Source: an uncultured delta proteobacterium (GTDB lineage: Bacteria > Desulfobacterota > Binatia > JACPRU01). From it: 64,000 nucleotides of DNA. The DNA lies in assembly GCA_963745025.1 (NCBI GenBank), contig CAVUWD010000019.1:224001-288000 (forward strand). The letters are read 5' to 3'. How positions within the stretch are numbered: the stretch's first letter is position 1; every line of letters begins with the position of its first letter. Below the pieces are notes generated by a model, which was given only the letters and a program-made list of their open reading frames with translations, had not been told where the DNA came from and ran no database searches. Shown here in pieces: positions 1 through 10,216 of the stretch. The translations under genes were made by a program, and so were the position numbers.

Positions 1-1000
1 CGAGGAATGCGAGCAGCTCGCCGGCGGAGAATCCACGGTCGAGCGCGTTCATCAGCGAGTCCCACGTGATCGCGAACGCCGTGTAGATGTCGACCGAGCG
101 CAGATCGCCAAGCCGGGCGAGGTTCAGGTAGACACCCGGGTCGAGGTCCGGCGGCGCGAGAATCTCGAGATTCGGCTGCAGCGTCACACGGGCCGCGGAA
201 TCCGAGAGCGCGGTGCCGAAGCTCTGGATGATCCCCGGCCAATTCTCCGTGAGCACCAGTCGGCCGAGCGGTGAGACGCGAAACGCTTCCGCCTCCGAGA
301 CGGCCGGCGGACGCCGTACCAGCGGTTCCACCAGTCCGAGCCAGGCGAGCGGACCAGCGAGCATTCGCCGCAGCAGCGTTGCCGGCGAGACGCGTCCGCC
401 GTAGCGCGACATGGCGCCGTCGTCGGCGCCGCGACCGCGCGCCTGGAGGCTTCGGTCGAGTCGAGACAGCAGCGTGCCGATCTCGATCGATTCGCCTTCT
501 GGTGCGGCGAGCAATTCTTCGCAGAGGCGGCGGCGTCGTGCCTCTAGCCCCGGGTCGGCCGAGATGTATTCGCGCCGGACGAGTGACAGCACGTCGGGAT
601 CGGCGAGCGATTCGTTCCAGAGCGCGGTGCGCAGCCAGAAATGGTGGACCGAGCGGAGCAGGCGCTCCGGCTGCCAGAGCCGGATCAGATTCGGCCGGCT
701 GATTTCCCAGCGATCCTCGCCCTCGAAGAGCACGCGGCGATCGATGAGGAAGACGCCGAGGAAGCTCGCGTACTCCTCGTCGCTTCGGCGCAGGAAGGGC
801 GCGATCCGTTGGGTCGTCTTCTTGCCGATGCCACCGGTCGCGACCCGCTTCGTCGAGACGCGCTCGAAGTGGCCGGCAAACGTCAAGAGATCCCGGGCGA
901 AGGTGTCGAAGGCCTCGCTGCGCTCGCGCAGGACGGCCGCGGCGGACGCCGCGACCGGCCGTGCCGGCTTTGCCTTGATCGTCTTGTTCGCGCGAGGCAT
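1..1000 (-). CDS. Helicase-associated (Helicase_C_3 / XPB-partner) domain protein, partial, runs off left edge
   Basis: Manual translation from ATG at 1000 (MPRANKTIKAK...), open to the window edge; distal part VTLQPNLEILAPPDLDP...LARLGDL...FAITWDSLMNALDRGFSAGELLAFL resembles Helicase_C_3; starts 7 bp after the XPB stop. Absent from the ORF track. Confidence 0.75.
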   Translation of the reverse strand, partial: MPRANKTIKAKPARPVAASAAAVLRERSEAFDTFARDLLTFAGHFERVSTKRVATGGIGKKTTQRIAPFLRRSDEEYASFLGVFLIDRRVLFEGEDRWEISRPNLIRLWQPERLLRSVHHFWLRTALWNESLADPDVLSLVRREYISADPGLEARRRRLCEELLAAPEGESIEIGTLLSRLDRSLQARGRGADDGAMSRYGGRVSPATLLRRMLAGPLAWLGLVEPLVRRPPAVSEAEAFRVSPLGRLVLTENWPGIIQSFGTALSDSAARVTLQPNLEILAPPDLDPGVYLNLARLGDLRSVDIYTAFAITWDSLMNALDRGFSAGELLAFL

Positions 1001-1007
1001 GTCCCGC

Positions 1008-2735
1008 TCAGCCCGTGTCCGAGGAGCGCCGGTCACCCGCGGCGTCCGCGGTTTGCGCCAGCGGCGTCCAGGCGCGGATCTCGTACTGGTAGCCCTGTTC
1101 GGTGAGGAAGCGCTGGCGGTTCTGCGCGAACTCCTGATCACGCGTGTCGCGTGTCACCAGCGCATAGAAGCGCGCCTGGTTCGCATCGGCCTTGGGGCGC
1201 AGGATGCGGCCGAGCCGCTGCGCCTCCTCCTGCCGCGATCCGAACGTTCCGGAGACCTGAATCGCCACGTTGGCGTCGGGCAGATCGATCGCGAAGTTGG
1301 AGACCTTCGAAACGATCAGCAGGTTCAGCTCCGATCCTCGGAACTTCTCGTAGAGAACGTCGCGCTCGGCCTGTGGCGTCTTTCCGGTGATGAGGGGTGC
1401 GCCCGTGTCGGCGGCGATCGCTTCGAGCTGATCGATGTACTGCCCGATCACCAGCACCTTGTCGCCGCGGTGTTCTGCGAGGAGCGCGGCGAGGAGTTCC
1501 CGCTTCAAGGGGTTGGTGGAGGAGATGCGGAACTTGGCGCGCGCATCGGCGACCGCGTATTGGCGACGCGACTCCGCAGTCAACGGGATGCGGATCTCGG
1601 TGCAGCGGGCAGTGGCGATCCACCCCTGACGCTCCAGATCCTTCCACGGAACGTCGTAGCGCTTAGGACCGATCAAGGTGAAGACGTCGTCCTCGCCGCC
1701 GTCCTCGCGGACGAGCGTCGCGGTCAAGCCCAGCCGGCGGCGCGCCTGCAGGTCGGCGGTGGCGCGGAACACGGGCGCCGGCAGAAGATGGACTTCGTCG
1801 TAGATGATGAGGCCCCAGTCCCGCTCGGCGAAGAGCTTGAAGTGAAGGAACTCTTCGTTCTTGCCGCGCCGGTAGGTGAGCAGCTGGTACGTACTCAGCG
1901 TCACGGGACGGATCTCCTTCTCGTGGCCGCTGTACTCGCCGATTTGATCGGCGGTCAGGTCCGTCTTGTCGAGAATCTCGTCACGCCACTGGCGCAGGGC
2001 GCTGACGTTCGCCGTCAGAATCAGCGTCTGGGTCTGGAGCTTCGCCATCACGCCGAGGCCGACGATCGTCTTGCCCGCGCCGCACGGCAGCACGATCACC
2101 CCCGAACCGCCGCGGTTCGAGCCGTCGGCGTGGAAGAGACGCACCGCCTCCTCTTGATAGTGGCGCAGGAGGAATGGCCGGCCGGCGATCGTGTCGTTGC
2201 GAAGCTCGATCGTGAGCGGCGCACCATCGACGTAGCCGGCGAGGTCTTCGACCGGAAAGCCGGCCTTGATCAACGCTTGCTTGAGCGTGCCACGCACCCC
2301 TGGCTTGACCGCCAGCGAGCGGGCGTCGATCGGCGCGTCGAGGCACGGCTCCACCGCCTTGAGCCGCGAGATCTCCTCCAGCAACCACGCTTCATCGGAC
2401 TCGAGGACGAGCCGGTCATCCGCGCCGCGCACCAGCCGAAGCTTGCCGTAGCGGCCGACGATGTCCTCGACGTCGAAGCGCACGTTTTGCGGCACGGGGT
2501 ACTTCGAAAGCTCGTCGAGCGCGGTTAGAATGTGCGCTGCCGCGAGTCCTGCGGCCGCCGCGTTCCATAGCGAGAGCGGCGAGAGCCGGTACGTGTGGAT
2601 GTGTTCCGGGCTCTTCTCCAGCTCCGCGAAGCGGGAAATCGAGTCGCGCGCCTCCTCGTAACTAGGATGGGCGGTTTCGAGGAGAATCGTACGATCGGAC
2701 TGGACGATCAGTGGGCCTTGGGAGCGTTCTGGCAA
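1008..2735 (-). CDS. XPB/Rad25-family DNA repair helicase
   Basis: N-terminal PLIVQSDRTILLE...AELEKSPEHIHTYRL, Walker A LPCGAGKT, DEVH, LGLTAT and GSRQEEAQRLGRILR; TTG start at 2735 with GGAGG upstream. Confidence 0.92.
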   Translation of the reverse strand: MPERSQGPLIVQSDRTILLETAHPSYEEARDSISRFAELEKSPEHIHTYRLSPLSLWNAAAAGLAAAHILTALDELSKYPVPQNVRFDVEDIVGRYGKLRLVRGADDRLVLESDEAWLLEEISRLKAVEPCLDAPIDARSLAVKPGVRGTLKQALIKAGFPVEDLAGYVDGAPLTIELRNDTIAGRPFLLRHYQEEAVRLFHADGSNRGGSGVIVLPCGAGKTIVGLGVMAKLQTQTLILTANVSALRQWRDEILDKTDLTADQIGEYSGHEKEIRPVTLSTYQLLTYRRGKNEEFLHFKLFAERDWGLIIYDEVHLLPAPVFRATADLQARRRLGLTATLVREDGGEDDVFTLIGPKRYDVPWKDLERQGWIATARCTEIRIPLTAESRRQYAVADARAKFRISSTNPLKRELLAALLAEHRGDKVLVIGQYIDQLEAIAADTGAPLITGKTPQAERDVLYEKFRGSELNLLIVSKVSNFAIDLPDANVAIQVSGTFGSRQEEAQRLGRILRPKADANQARFYALVTRDTRDQEFAQNRQRFLTEQGYQYEIRAWTPLAQTADAAGDRRSSDTG

Positions 2736-2949
2736 GCGACCTCCGGACGTAGGAGGAAAAACGTATCTTATAGCAATACTTTCGGCGCGCTGCACGTCCG
2801 GTGACGCGGTTCCGTCGAGGCACGATCGTGGCCGCCCCGGCCCCTCCTCCCGCCATCGCCCCGCCCCTCCGGCAAAGCGGGGTGTCGCTTCCCTCCGCGC
2901 CACGAGAGGATTCCTGAAGCCGTGGGCGGGGGACGCGGGAAGACGCACG

Positions 2950-2980
2950 TTGACTGGTTTTCAGGCAGTCGTTATACGAT
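2950..2980 (+). promoter_or_regulatory. Possible sigma70-type promoter for argS
   Basis: TTGACT at 2950-2955 and TATACGAT at 2973-2980 in the divergent intergenic region; spacing imperfect. Confidence 0.3.
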
Positions 2981-3074
2981 CGTGAACTCCGTAGCGGGAA
3001 GCCATCGTGAACGCATCGTCCGAGAAACTCTGGCGCAGATCGTGGAGGCGCTCGGCTCACCCCCCAGGAGGTAG

Positions 3075-4733
3075 ATGAAGGAATTCATCCATTCGCTCCT
3101 GAGCGAAGCCTTCGTAAAGGCCAAAGAGGGGGGAGAGCTGAAAACATCGGATCTCCCCCCTCTTGCTATCGAGGTCCCGAAGGATCCAGCTCACGGTGAC
3201 CTCGCGTCGAACGTAGCGCTCGTTCTGGCACGCTCCGAAGGGCGCCCGCCGCGGCAGATTGCCGAGACGCTGCAGAGGCATCTGCGCCAGACGGACGATG
3301 TCGCGAGCGTCACGGTCGCGGGCCCGGGCTTCCTGAACTTCAAGCTCGCGCGGGAATTCTGGTGGAAGCGGCTCGCGGGGGCACGTTCGGCCGGAGCGCG
3401 CTTCGGCAGGCCGACCGTGGCACGGCGGCTCAAGATACAGGTCGAGTTCGTAAGCGCCAATCCGACCGGCCCGCTCACCGTCGGGCACGGGCGCAATGCC
3501 GTGCTCGGCGACTCGATCGCGCGCCTGCTCGAGGCGTGCGGTCACGAGGTCGTGCGCGAGTATTACTTCAACAATGCGGGTCGGCAGATGCAGGTGCTCG
3601 GCGAATCGGTGCGTGCCCGCTACCTCGAACATCTCGGTCTGCCATCGAGCTTTCCGGAGGACGGCTACCAGGGCGACTACATCCGCGAGATCGCCGCCGA
3701 CCTCGAGGCGAAGCACGGCGCCACCCTCGCCGGCGCGACCGATCACAAGCCGTTCCAGCAGCATGCCGAGCGGGCGATCTTCGCCGACATTGCGGCGACG
3801 CTCGAGCGCATGCGCATCCGCTTCGACGTGCACTTCAACGAGGATTCGCTCTACCGCGACGGCTCGATCGAGCGCGTGCTCGCCGACCTTCGCGCCGCCG
3901 GCGTGGTCTACGACAAGGACGGTGCGCAGTGGCTCCGCCTGACGGCGCTCGGGCTCACCGATGACAAAGTGCTCGTCAAGAGCTCCGGCGAGCCCGCCTA
4001 TCGCCTTCCCGACATCGCCTATCACAAGAACAAGCTCGAACGGGGCTTCGATCGAATCGTCGACGTGCTCGGCGCGGACCACATCGCCGAGCACCAGGAG
4101 GTGAAAGCGGCTCTGCGCGCGCTCGGGCTCGACGACTCGCGCGTGCACGGCATCATCTATCAGTTCGTCACGCTGCTGCGCGCCGGGCAGCTGGTGAAGA
4201 TGTCGACCCGAAGGGCCGAATATGTAACGCTCGACGAACTCGTCGCCGAGGTCGGGGCGGACGTCGTGCGCTTTCTCTTCCTCACTCGCAAGGCGGACAC
4301 GCACCTCGAGTTCGATCTCGATCTGGCCAAGCAGCAGTCGATGGAGAACCCCGTCTACTACGTGCAGTATGCGCACGCGCGGATCGCCAACATCCTGCGC
4401 AAGGCGGAGAGCGAGGGGATTCACGAGGCCGCGTCCGATGGAACGCCGCTCCACCGGCTGGTCCAGGAGGACGAGATGACGATCATCCGGCGCCTGGTCG
4501 AATTCCCGGATCTCGTCGCCGAAGCGGCCGCGGAGCTCGAACCGCACCGCGTCACCTTCTACTTGCTCGACCTCGCCGCGGCGTTTCACGGCTACTACAA
4601 TCGTCGGGAGAACCGAGTGGTGAGCGAGGATCATGAGCTTTCTCGAGCGCGCCTTTACCTGGTCGGGGTTGTCCGCCACGTGCTGGCGAGCGGCCTCGCG
4701 CTGCTTGGCGTGGGCGCCCCGGAGCGGATGTAG
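3075..4733 (+). CDS. argS: Arginine--tRNA ligase
   Basis: VEFVSANPTGPLTVGHGR (HIGH-type), KMSTR, NPVYYVQYAHARI, C-terminal APERM; AGGAGG RBS. Confidence 0.97.
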   Translation: MKEFIHSLLSEAFVKAKEGGELKTSDLPPLAIEVPKDPAHGDLASNVALVLARSEGRPPRQIAETLQRHLRQTDDVASVTVAGPGFLNFKLAREFWWKRLAGARSAGARFGRPTVARRLKIQVEFVSANPTGPLTVGHGRNAVLGDSIARLLEACGHEVVREYYFNNAGRQMQVLGESVRARYLEHLGLPSSFPEDGYQGDYIREIAADLEAKHGATLAGATDHKPFQQHAERAIFADIAATLERMRIRFDVHFNEDSLYRDGSIERVLADLRAAGVVYDKDGAQWLRLTALGLTDDKVLVKSSGEPAYRLPDIAYHKNKLERGFDRIVDVLGADHIAEHQEVKAALRALGLDDSRVHGIIYQFVTLLRAGQLVKMSTRRAEYVTLDELVAEVGADVVRFLFLTRKADTHLEFDLDLAKQQSMENPVYYVQYAHARIANILRKAESEGIHEAASDGTPLHRLVQEDEMTIIRRLVEFPDLVAEAAAELEPHRVTFYLLDLAAAFHGYYNRRENRVVSEDHELSRARLYLVGVVRHVLASGLALLGVGAPERM

Positions 4734-4738
4734 GAGGA

Positions 4739-5410
4739 ATGGTGATGCGCAGTCGAGACGGCATCGATCAAAGCGGCAAGTTCGAAATTTCCGCCACCGG
4801 CGTTCTGCTCCTCGCCATTGCCACGATGGTCGCGAGCGGGATCGTCTTCCTGCTCGGGATCTACGTCGGTAAGAGCATGGTCGAGCAACGCCTCGCGCAG
4901 GAAAGCCGCGTGGTGCGCTTGCCGGTACCGACGCCCAGCGCCGGCGGTAGCGGGAAAGGAGACGAAGTCGACGTCACGTTCTGGGACAAGCTCGGCAAGG
5001 GCGAAGCGACGCCTCCACCGGCGGCCGCGCCGAGCCCGACGGCCGCCGAGACGCCGCTGCGCGTCTCGCCGCTCGGCGCCACGCCGACGCCGCCTCCGAC
5101 GGAGCGCAAGGTGGAGGCCCCGCCGACGCCCGCGCCGACCCGCCCGCCGCCGGCCGTCGTCGAAGGGGGTAGCTTCCAGGTCCAGGTCAATGCGATGGCC
5201 GACAAGGCGCGTGCCGACGAGCTCGTCCAAGACCTGAAGAGTCTCGGTTACGTTTCCTTCATTTCTCCGGCGCGGGTCGGCGACAAGACGCTCTATCGCG
5301 TGCGGGTCGGGAATCTCCCATCGGTGGAAGCGGCCAAGCAGGCGGTCACGCGATTGCGAGAGCAGGGCTATCCGAATGCCTTCTTGGCCGCCGAGGTGAA
5401 CGACCGTTGA
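4739..5410 (+). CDS. SPOR-domain cell division protein (FtsN/DedD-like)
   Basis: N-terminal TM helix, Pro-rich linker, C-terminal FQVQV...YRVRVG...A SPOR pattern; typical position after argS. Confidence 0.85.
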   Translation: MVMRSRDGIDQSGKFEISATGVLLLAIATMVASGIVFLLGIYVGKSMVEQRLAQESRVVRLPVPTPSAGGSGKGDEVDVTFWDKLGKGEATPPPAAAPSPTAAETPLRVSPLGATPTPPPTERKVEAPPTPAPTRPPPAVVEGGSFQVQVNAMADKARADELVQDLKSLGYVSFISPARVGDKTLYRVRVGNLPSVEAAKQAVTRLREQGYPNAFLAAEVNDR

Positions 5411-6918
5411 GCGCGATGACCGGCACGATTCGCCCGACCTACGACGACTTCGTCGGCCTCGCCGCGCGGGGCAACGTCGTGCCGATCACCTGTGAGATTC
5501 TCGGCGACCTCGAGACTCCCGTCTCGGCCTTCCTCAAGCTCCACCGCGGGCGCCACGGGTTCCTACTCGAGAGCGTCCAGGGCGGAGAGAAATGGGGGCG
5601 GTATAGCTTCCTCGGGACCGAGCCCGACAGGGTGTGGACCGCTCGCGGTCATTCGATCGAGGTGTGCACCCGAAGCGGCGAGGTAGAGCGGCGCGAGGTT
5701 CCGGACGTGCTCGGCGCGCTGCGAGAATGGCTCCACTCCTATCGCACCGTATCGCTGCCCGACCTGCCCCGATTTTCGGGGGGGGCCGTCGGCTACCTCG
5801 GCTACGATCTGGTGCGTCACTTCGAGCGTCTGCCGGCGCGCGCCGTCGATGATCTCCAGCTGCCGGACGCGATGCTCGTCCTGGCCGACCGGTTGCTGGT
5901 CTTCGACAACGTCACGCAGAGAATTCGTCTGATCGCCAACGTCTTCCTCGAGGAGGACTCCGACCTGCGGGCCAGCTACGACGCCGCCGTGGCGGCGATC
6001 GAGGAGTGGCTCGAGCGCCTGCGCGGGCCCGTTCCGGGAAAAGGGTCTGGTCCCTTCTCCTGCGCGGGAAAGAGGCCTGGTCCCTTTCCCGAGCTGCGCT
6101 CGAATCTCAGCCAGGCCGAGTACGAGGCGATGGTCCGGCGCGCCAAGGAATACGTCCATGCGGGCGACGTCATCCAGGTGGTGCTCGCGCAGCGCTTCGA
6201 AGGCGCGCTCGGCGCCTCGCCGTTCGACGTTTATCGGAGCCTGCGCTCGATCAATCCGTCTCCGTACCTCTTCTTTCTCGATCTCGGCGAGTTCTCGCTG
6301 GCGGGCGCGTCGCCGGAAGTGATGGTGCGCGTCGAAGGCGGTGAAGTCACCGTGCGTCCGATCGCCGGCACGCGTCCGCGCGGCACCGTGGAGAGTGACG
6401 ATCTCGCGCTCGAGCGGGAGCTCTTGAACGATCCGAAGGAGATTGCCGAGCACGTCATGCTGGTGGATCTCGGTCGCAACGACGTCGGGCGGGTCGCCGC
6501 GATCGGCTCGGTGGAAGTCACCGAGCGGCTGGTCGTCGAGCGTTACTCGCACGTCATGCACATCGTCTCCAACGTGCGCGGCCGGCTGGAGGCGGGCAAG
6601 GATGCGTTCGACGCGTTTCGCGCGACGTTTCCGGCGGGCACGCTCTCGGGGGCGCCGAAGATTCGCGCCATGGAAATCATCGAGGAGCTCGAGCCCGTGC
6701 GGCGCGGGGTCTACGGCGGGGCCGTCGGCTATTTCGACTTCTCCGGCAACATGGACACCGGGATCGCGATTCGCACCGCGCTCTGCAAGAACGGGCGCGT
6801 CTACGTGCAGGCGGGTGCCGGCATCGTCGCCGATTCGGTCCCCGAGCGGGAGCATCTGGAGTGTTTGAACAAAGCGCGAGGGATGTTTCAGGCGTTACGA
6901 TTGGCGGAAGAGCTGTGA
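5407..6918 (+). CDS. trpE: Anthranilate synthase component I
   Basis: [13 protein letters not shown]...[35 protein letters not shown] motifs; first gene of the trp cluster. Confidence 0.95.
   Translation: MSAMTGTIRPTYDDFVGLAARGNVVPITCEILGDLETPVSAFLKLHRGRHGFLLESVQGGEKWGRYSFLGTEPDRVWTARGHSIEVCTRSGEVERREVPDVLGALREWLHSYRTVSLPDLPRFSGGAVGYLGYDLVRHFERLPARAVDDLQLPDAMLVLADRLLVFDNVTQRIRLIANVFLEEDSDLRASYDAAVAAIEEWLERLRGPVPGKGSGPFSCAGKRPGPFPELRSNLSQAEYEAMVRRAKEYVHAGDVIQVVLAQRFEGALGASPFDVYRSLRSINPSPYLFFLDLGEFSLAGASPEVMVRVEGGEVTVRPIAGTRPRGTVESDDLALERELLNDPKEIAEHVMLVDLGRNDVGRVAAIGSVEVTERLVVERYSHVMHIVSNVRGRLEAGKDAFDAFRATFPAGTLSGAPKIRAMEIIEELEPVRRGVYGGAVGYFDFSGNMDTGIAIRTALCKNGRVYVQAGAGIVADSVPEREHLECLNKARGMFQALRLAEEL
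6035..6091. repeat. Two tandem ~26-bp imperfect palindromes inside trpE
   Basis: CGGGAAAAGGGTCTGGTCCCTTCTCC (6035-6060) and CGGGAAAGAGGCCTGGTCCCTTTCCCG (6065-6091), period 30, frame preserved. Confidence 0.75.
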
Positions 6919-6938
6919 AGAGTATGAAGAAGAAGAGG

Positions 6939-7023
6939 GGCTACCGGCTACCGACTCCCGGCTACCGCCAAAGACTTCACGGGGTCTTTTGCGGAAGCCG
7001 GAAGCCGGCAGCCGGCAGCCGGC
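6939..7023. repeat. Heptamer-array hairpin (GGCTACC-like ... GGAAGCC/GGCAGCC)
   Basis: Degenerate 7-mer tandem arms in inverted orientation around AAAGACTTCACGGGGTCTTT. Confidence 0.75.
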
Positions 7024-7030
7024 TGTGCCT

Positions 7031-7600
7031 ATGATCCTGATGATCGACAACTACGACTCCTTCACCTACAACCTCGTCCAGTATCTTGGCGAGCTCGGTG
7101 CGGAGGTCGTGGTGCGCCGTAACGACGCGATCGGGCTCGACGACGTCGAGGCGCTACGGCCGGCGGCGGTGGTGATTTCGCCGGGCCCGCGCACGCCGAA
7201 CGAGGCGGGGATTTCGGTGCCGCTGTTCCAGCGCTTCGCCGGCCGCTTCCCGATTCTCGGCGTTTGCCTCGGGCACCAGTCGCTCGGCGCGGCCTTCGGG
7301 GGCGAGATCGTCCTGGCCGCGCGCATCATGCACGGCAAGACGTCGCCGATCGAGCACGACGACAAGACGATCTTCAAAGACCTGCCGAATCCGTTCGACG
7401 CCACGCGCTATCATTCTCTGGTCGTCCGGCGCGAGACGTTGCCCGCGTGTCTGGAGATCAGTGCGTGGACCCGCGAGGGCGAGATCATGGGACTCCGCCA
7501 TCGCAGCCAACCGCTCGAGGGCGTCCAGTTTCACCCCGAATCGATTCTGACCCTCGAGGGTAAGCGCTTGCTCCGAAACTTTCTGAACCGTCTCGGCTGA
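7031..7600 (+). CDS. trpG: Anthranilate synthase component II (glutamine amidotransferase)
   Basis: [37 protein letters not shown]. Confidence 0.93.
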   Translation: MILMIDNYDSFTYNLVQYLGELGAEVVVRRNDAIGLDDVEALRPAAVVISPGPRTPNEAGISVPLFQRFAGRFPILGVCLGHQSLGAAFGGEIVLAARIMHGKTSPIEHDDKTIFKDLPNPFDATRYHSLVVRRETLPACLEISAWTREGEIMGLRHRSQPLEGVQFHPESILTLEGKRLLRNFLNRLG

Positions 7601-7606
7601 CCTGAC

Positions 7607-8632
7607 GTGACGATCCGCGACGCCATCCCTCGCCTGCTCGAGGGCCGGAATCTCTCCGAGGACGAGACTGCGGAGGTCATCGGCGAGGTCATGGAGGGCC
7701 AGGCCACGCCGGCTCAAATCGGCGCCCTTCTAGTTCTGTTGCGACGCAAAGGCGAGACGGTCGAGGAGATCACCGGCGCGGCACGCGCGATGCGGGCGAA
7801 GGTCACCGCCGTGCATTGCGAGGACGCGACCGTGCTCGATACCTGCGGCACCGGAGGAGACGGTTGTCGTACGTTCAACGTCTCGACCGCAGCCGGGCTG
7901 GTCGCAGCGGCGGCGGGATGCGCGGTGGCCAAACACGGCAACCGCTCGATCTCTGGCGCCGTCGGGGGCGCAGACGTGCTCGAGCGCCTCGGCGTTTGCA
8001 TCGATGTGGGAGTCGAGCAAACCGAGACGATGCTGCGCGAGACCGGCTTCGGCTTCCTCTTCGCCCCGCTCCTCCACGGAGCGATGCGGCATGCCGCAGG
8101 ACCACGGCGGGAGATCGGAGTTCGCACGATCTTCAACCTCCTCGGGCCACTGACGAACCCGGCGGGTGCGCGCCATCATCTGCTCGGTGTGTTCGATGCG
8201 CGCTGGGTCGAGCCCCTGGCGCACGTGCTCGGCCGTCTCGGATCGGCGCACGCGCTCGTGGTCCACGGCGACGACGGCCTGGATGAGCTCACCACCACCG
8301 CGGCGAGCGAGGTGGCCGAGCTTCGCGGGGGCGAGGTCCGACGGTTCCGGGTCGATCCCGAGGCATTCGGTCTGAAGCGCGCTCGCCTCTCGGACCTGCA
8401 GGTGGAGACCGCCGACCAGAGCGCAGAGATCATCCGGGACGTGCTTGCGGGCGAAACCGGACCGGCGCGCGACGTGGTGCTCTTGAACGCGGGCGCGGCG
8501 ATCTACGCCGCCGATCGCGCGACGACGATCGAAACCGGGATAGCGGCGGCACGCGCCGCGATCGATACGGGACGTGCGCGCGAAACGCTTGAGCGGGTGG
8601 CGCGCACGAGCCATGGGGGAGGGCGCACGTGA
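7607..8632 (+). CDS. trpD: Anthranilate phosphoribosyltransferase
   Basis: DTCGTGGDG, FNVST, KHGNR, RTIFNLLGPLTNP. Confidence 0.96.
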   Translation: MTIRDAIPRLLEGRNLSEDETAEVIGEVMEGQATPAQIGALLVLLRRKGETVEEITGAARAMRAKVTAVHCEDATVLDTCGTGGDGCRTFNVSTAAGLVAAAAGCAVAKHGNRSISGAVGGADVLERLGVCIDVGVEQTETMLRETGFGFLFAPLLHGAMRHAAGPRREIGVRTIFNLLGPLTNPAGARHHLLGVFDARWVEPLAHVLGRLGSAHALVVHGDDGLDELTTTAASEVAELRGGEVRRFRVDPEAFGLKRARLSDLQVETADQSAEIIRDVLAGETGPARDVVLLNAGAAIYAADRATTIETGIAAARAAIDTGRARETLERVARTSHGGGRT

Positions 8633-9399
8633 TCCTCGACGACATCGTGGCGGCCAAGCGCGACGAGATTGTCGAGCACAAGCGTCAGCGACCGCTCGCG
8701 GCGTTGGTGGATGTCGAGTTCTACCGCGCTCCCCGCCGAGGCTTCGCGGCCGCCCTCGCCGAGACGGGTCGCGCCATCATCGCGGAAGTGAAGAAGGCTT
8801 CGCCTTCGCGAGGCTTGATCCGGGCCGACTTCGATCCGGTGGCGATCGCGCGCGGTTATCAGAGAGCCGGCGCGCGGGCGATCTCGGTGTTGACCGACGC
8901 GCCGTTTTTCCAGGGGAGCCTCGCCTATCTGGAGGCGATCCGGCGCGTCGCGGATTTGCCGCTGCTGCGCAAGGACTTCGTTCTCGACCCGTACCAGCTC
9001 CACGAGGCGCGCGCCTTCGGCGCGGACGCGGTGCTGCTGATCTGCGCGATCCTCGGTGACGGCTCCCTGCGGGAGCTGCTGGCGCTTTCAGATCGCCTCG
9101 AGCTCGACGCTCTCGTCGAGGTCCACTCGCGCGAAGAGCTCGAGCGAGCGACGCGATCGGGCGCCTCGCTCATCGGCATCAACAACCGCGATCTCCGCAC
9201 GTTCGTGACCCGCTTGGAGGTCGCCGAATCGCTCGCTCCGCTTGCACCACCGGGGGCGACGGTCGTCGCTGAGAGCGGCCTCAAGACGACCGCTGACCTT
9301 GAGCGTCTCGAGGCGGCCGGGGTGCGCGCCTTTCTCATCGGTGAGACGCTGATGGCCGCGTCCGATCCGGAAGTCGCGCTGCGCGAGCTCTTACCTTGA
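8629..9399 (+). CDS. trpC: Indole-3-glycerol phosphate synthase
   Basis: IIAEVKKASPSRG, LRKDF, GINNRDL, VAESG. Confidence 0.96.
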   Translation: MILDDIVAAKRDEIVEHKRQRPLAALVDVEFYRAPRRGFAAALAETGRAIIAEVKKASPSRGLIRADFDPVAIARGYQRAGARAISVLTDAPFFQGSLAYLEAIRRVADLPLLRKDFVLDPYQLHEARAFGADAVLLICAILGDGSLRELLALSDRLELDALVEVHSREELERATRSGASLIGINNRDLRTFVTRLEVAESLAPLAPPGATVVAESGLKTTADLERLEAAGVRAFLIGETLMAASDPEVALRELLP

Positions 9400-9404
9400 G
9401 CGAG

Positions 9405-9590
9405 TACGGTAGGAGGTCGGGTTTCGCACGAAGATATGGGATACGAGGCATCGTCACCCTCGCGCGCTTCGGTTGCGGTCGCGAGGCTGCGTTGCGTGAA
9501 CTACGGTAGGAGCTCGGGTTCCGCACGAAGGTATGAGATACGAGGCATCGTCGCCAGCGCGCGTCTCGGTTGCAGTGCGAAGCTTCGTTG
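9405..9590. repeat. Diverged ~97-bp tandem direct repeat (2 units) between trpC and trpF
   Basis: Units start TACGGTAGGAG at 9405 and 9502 and share CGCACGAAG, GATACGAGGCATCGTC and CGGTTGC blocks. Confidence 0.85.
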
Positions 9591-9598
9591 AGGAGATC

Positions 9599-10216
9599 GT
9601 GTCGGTTCGGGTGAAGATCTGCGGCGTGACCACGGTGGAGGACGCGCTCCTCTGCGCGGACGCCGGCGCCGACGCCATCGGGCTCAATTTCTGGAGCGGC
9701 TCGAAGCGTCGAATCGACGTCGAGCGCGCCGCGGCAATCGCCCGCGCGCTGCCGCCGTCCGTGTTGAAGGTGGGGGTGTTCGTCAACGCCGAACGGGCCG
9801 CGATCGAACGAGCGATTGCCGGCGCATGTCTCGATGCCGTTCAACTCCACGGCCACGAGGCCCCGGAGCACTGTCGCGGGTTCGCCGTCCCGGTGATCAA
9901 GGCGATCCGCGTGACGCTCGGAGGCGAATCGCCTTCGGTGATCGCAGAACGCTTCGCCGTGGATTACATTCTGCTCGATGCCGATTGTGGCGGGGAATAC
10001 GGCGGCAGCGGACGCTCATTCGATTGGCAGCGAGCGGCAGGCGTGGCGCCGGGGCGTCTGTTTCTGGCCGGCGGCCTGCGCCCGGAAAACGTGGCGGCGG
10101 CGATTCGCATGGCGGGCCCCTACGGCGTCGACACCGCAAGCGGCGTCGAGAGCACGCCTGGGCGCAAGGACCCGATGCTGGTGAGGGAGTTCATTCACAA
10201 TGCCAAGCATGCCTGA
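9599..10216 (+). CDS. trpF: Phosphoribosylanthranilate isomerase
   Basis: [37 protein letters not shown]; GTG at 9599 after AGGAG. Confidence 0.94.
   Translation: MSVRVKICGVTTVEDALLCADAGADAIGLNFWSGSKRRIDVERAAAIARALPPSVLKVGVFVNAERAAIERAIAGACLDAVQLHGHEAPEHCRGFAVPVIKAIRVTLGGESPSVIAERFAVDYILLDADCGGEYGGSGRSFDWQRAAGVAPGRLFLAGGLRPENVAAAIRMAGPYGVDTASGVESTPGRKDPMLVREFIHNAKHA

Noticed and set aside
411-2528. 705-aa plus-strand ORF, and many similar long antisense ORFs (e.g. 3057-4679, 26170-28566, 46263-48332, 58786-60420)
   Set aside because: Shadow frames of well-supported genes in high-GC DNA; Arg/Ala/Gly-rich with no recognisable motifs.
9405-9590. CRISPR array or trp attenuator
   Set aside because: Only two long units without unique spacers, no cas genes, and no Trp-codon leader peptide or U-tract terminator.
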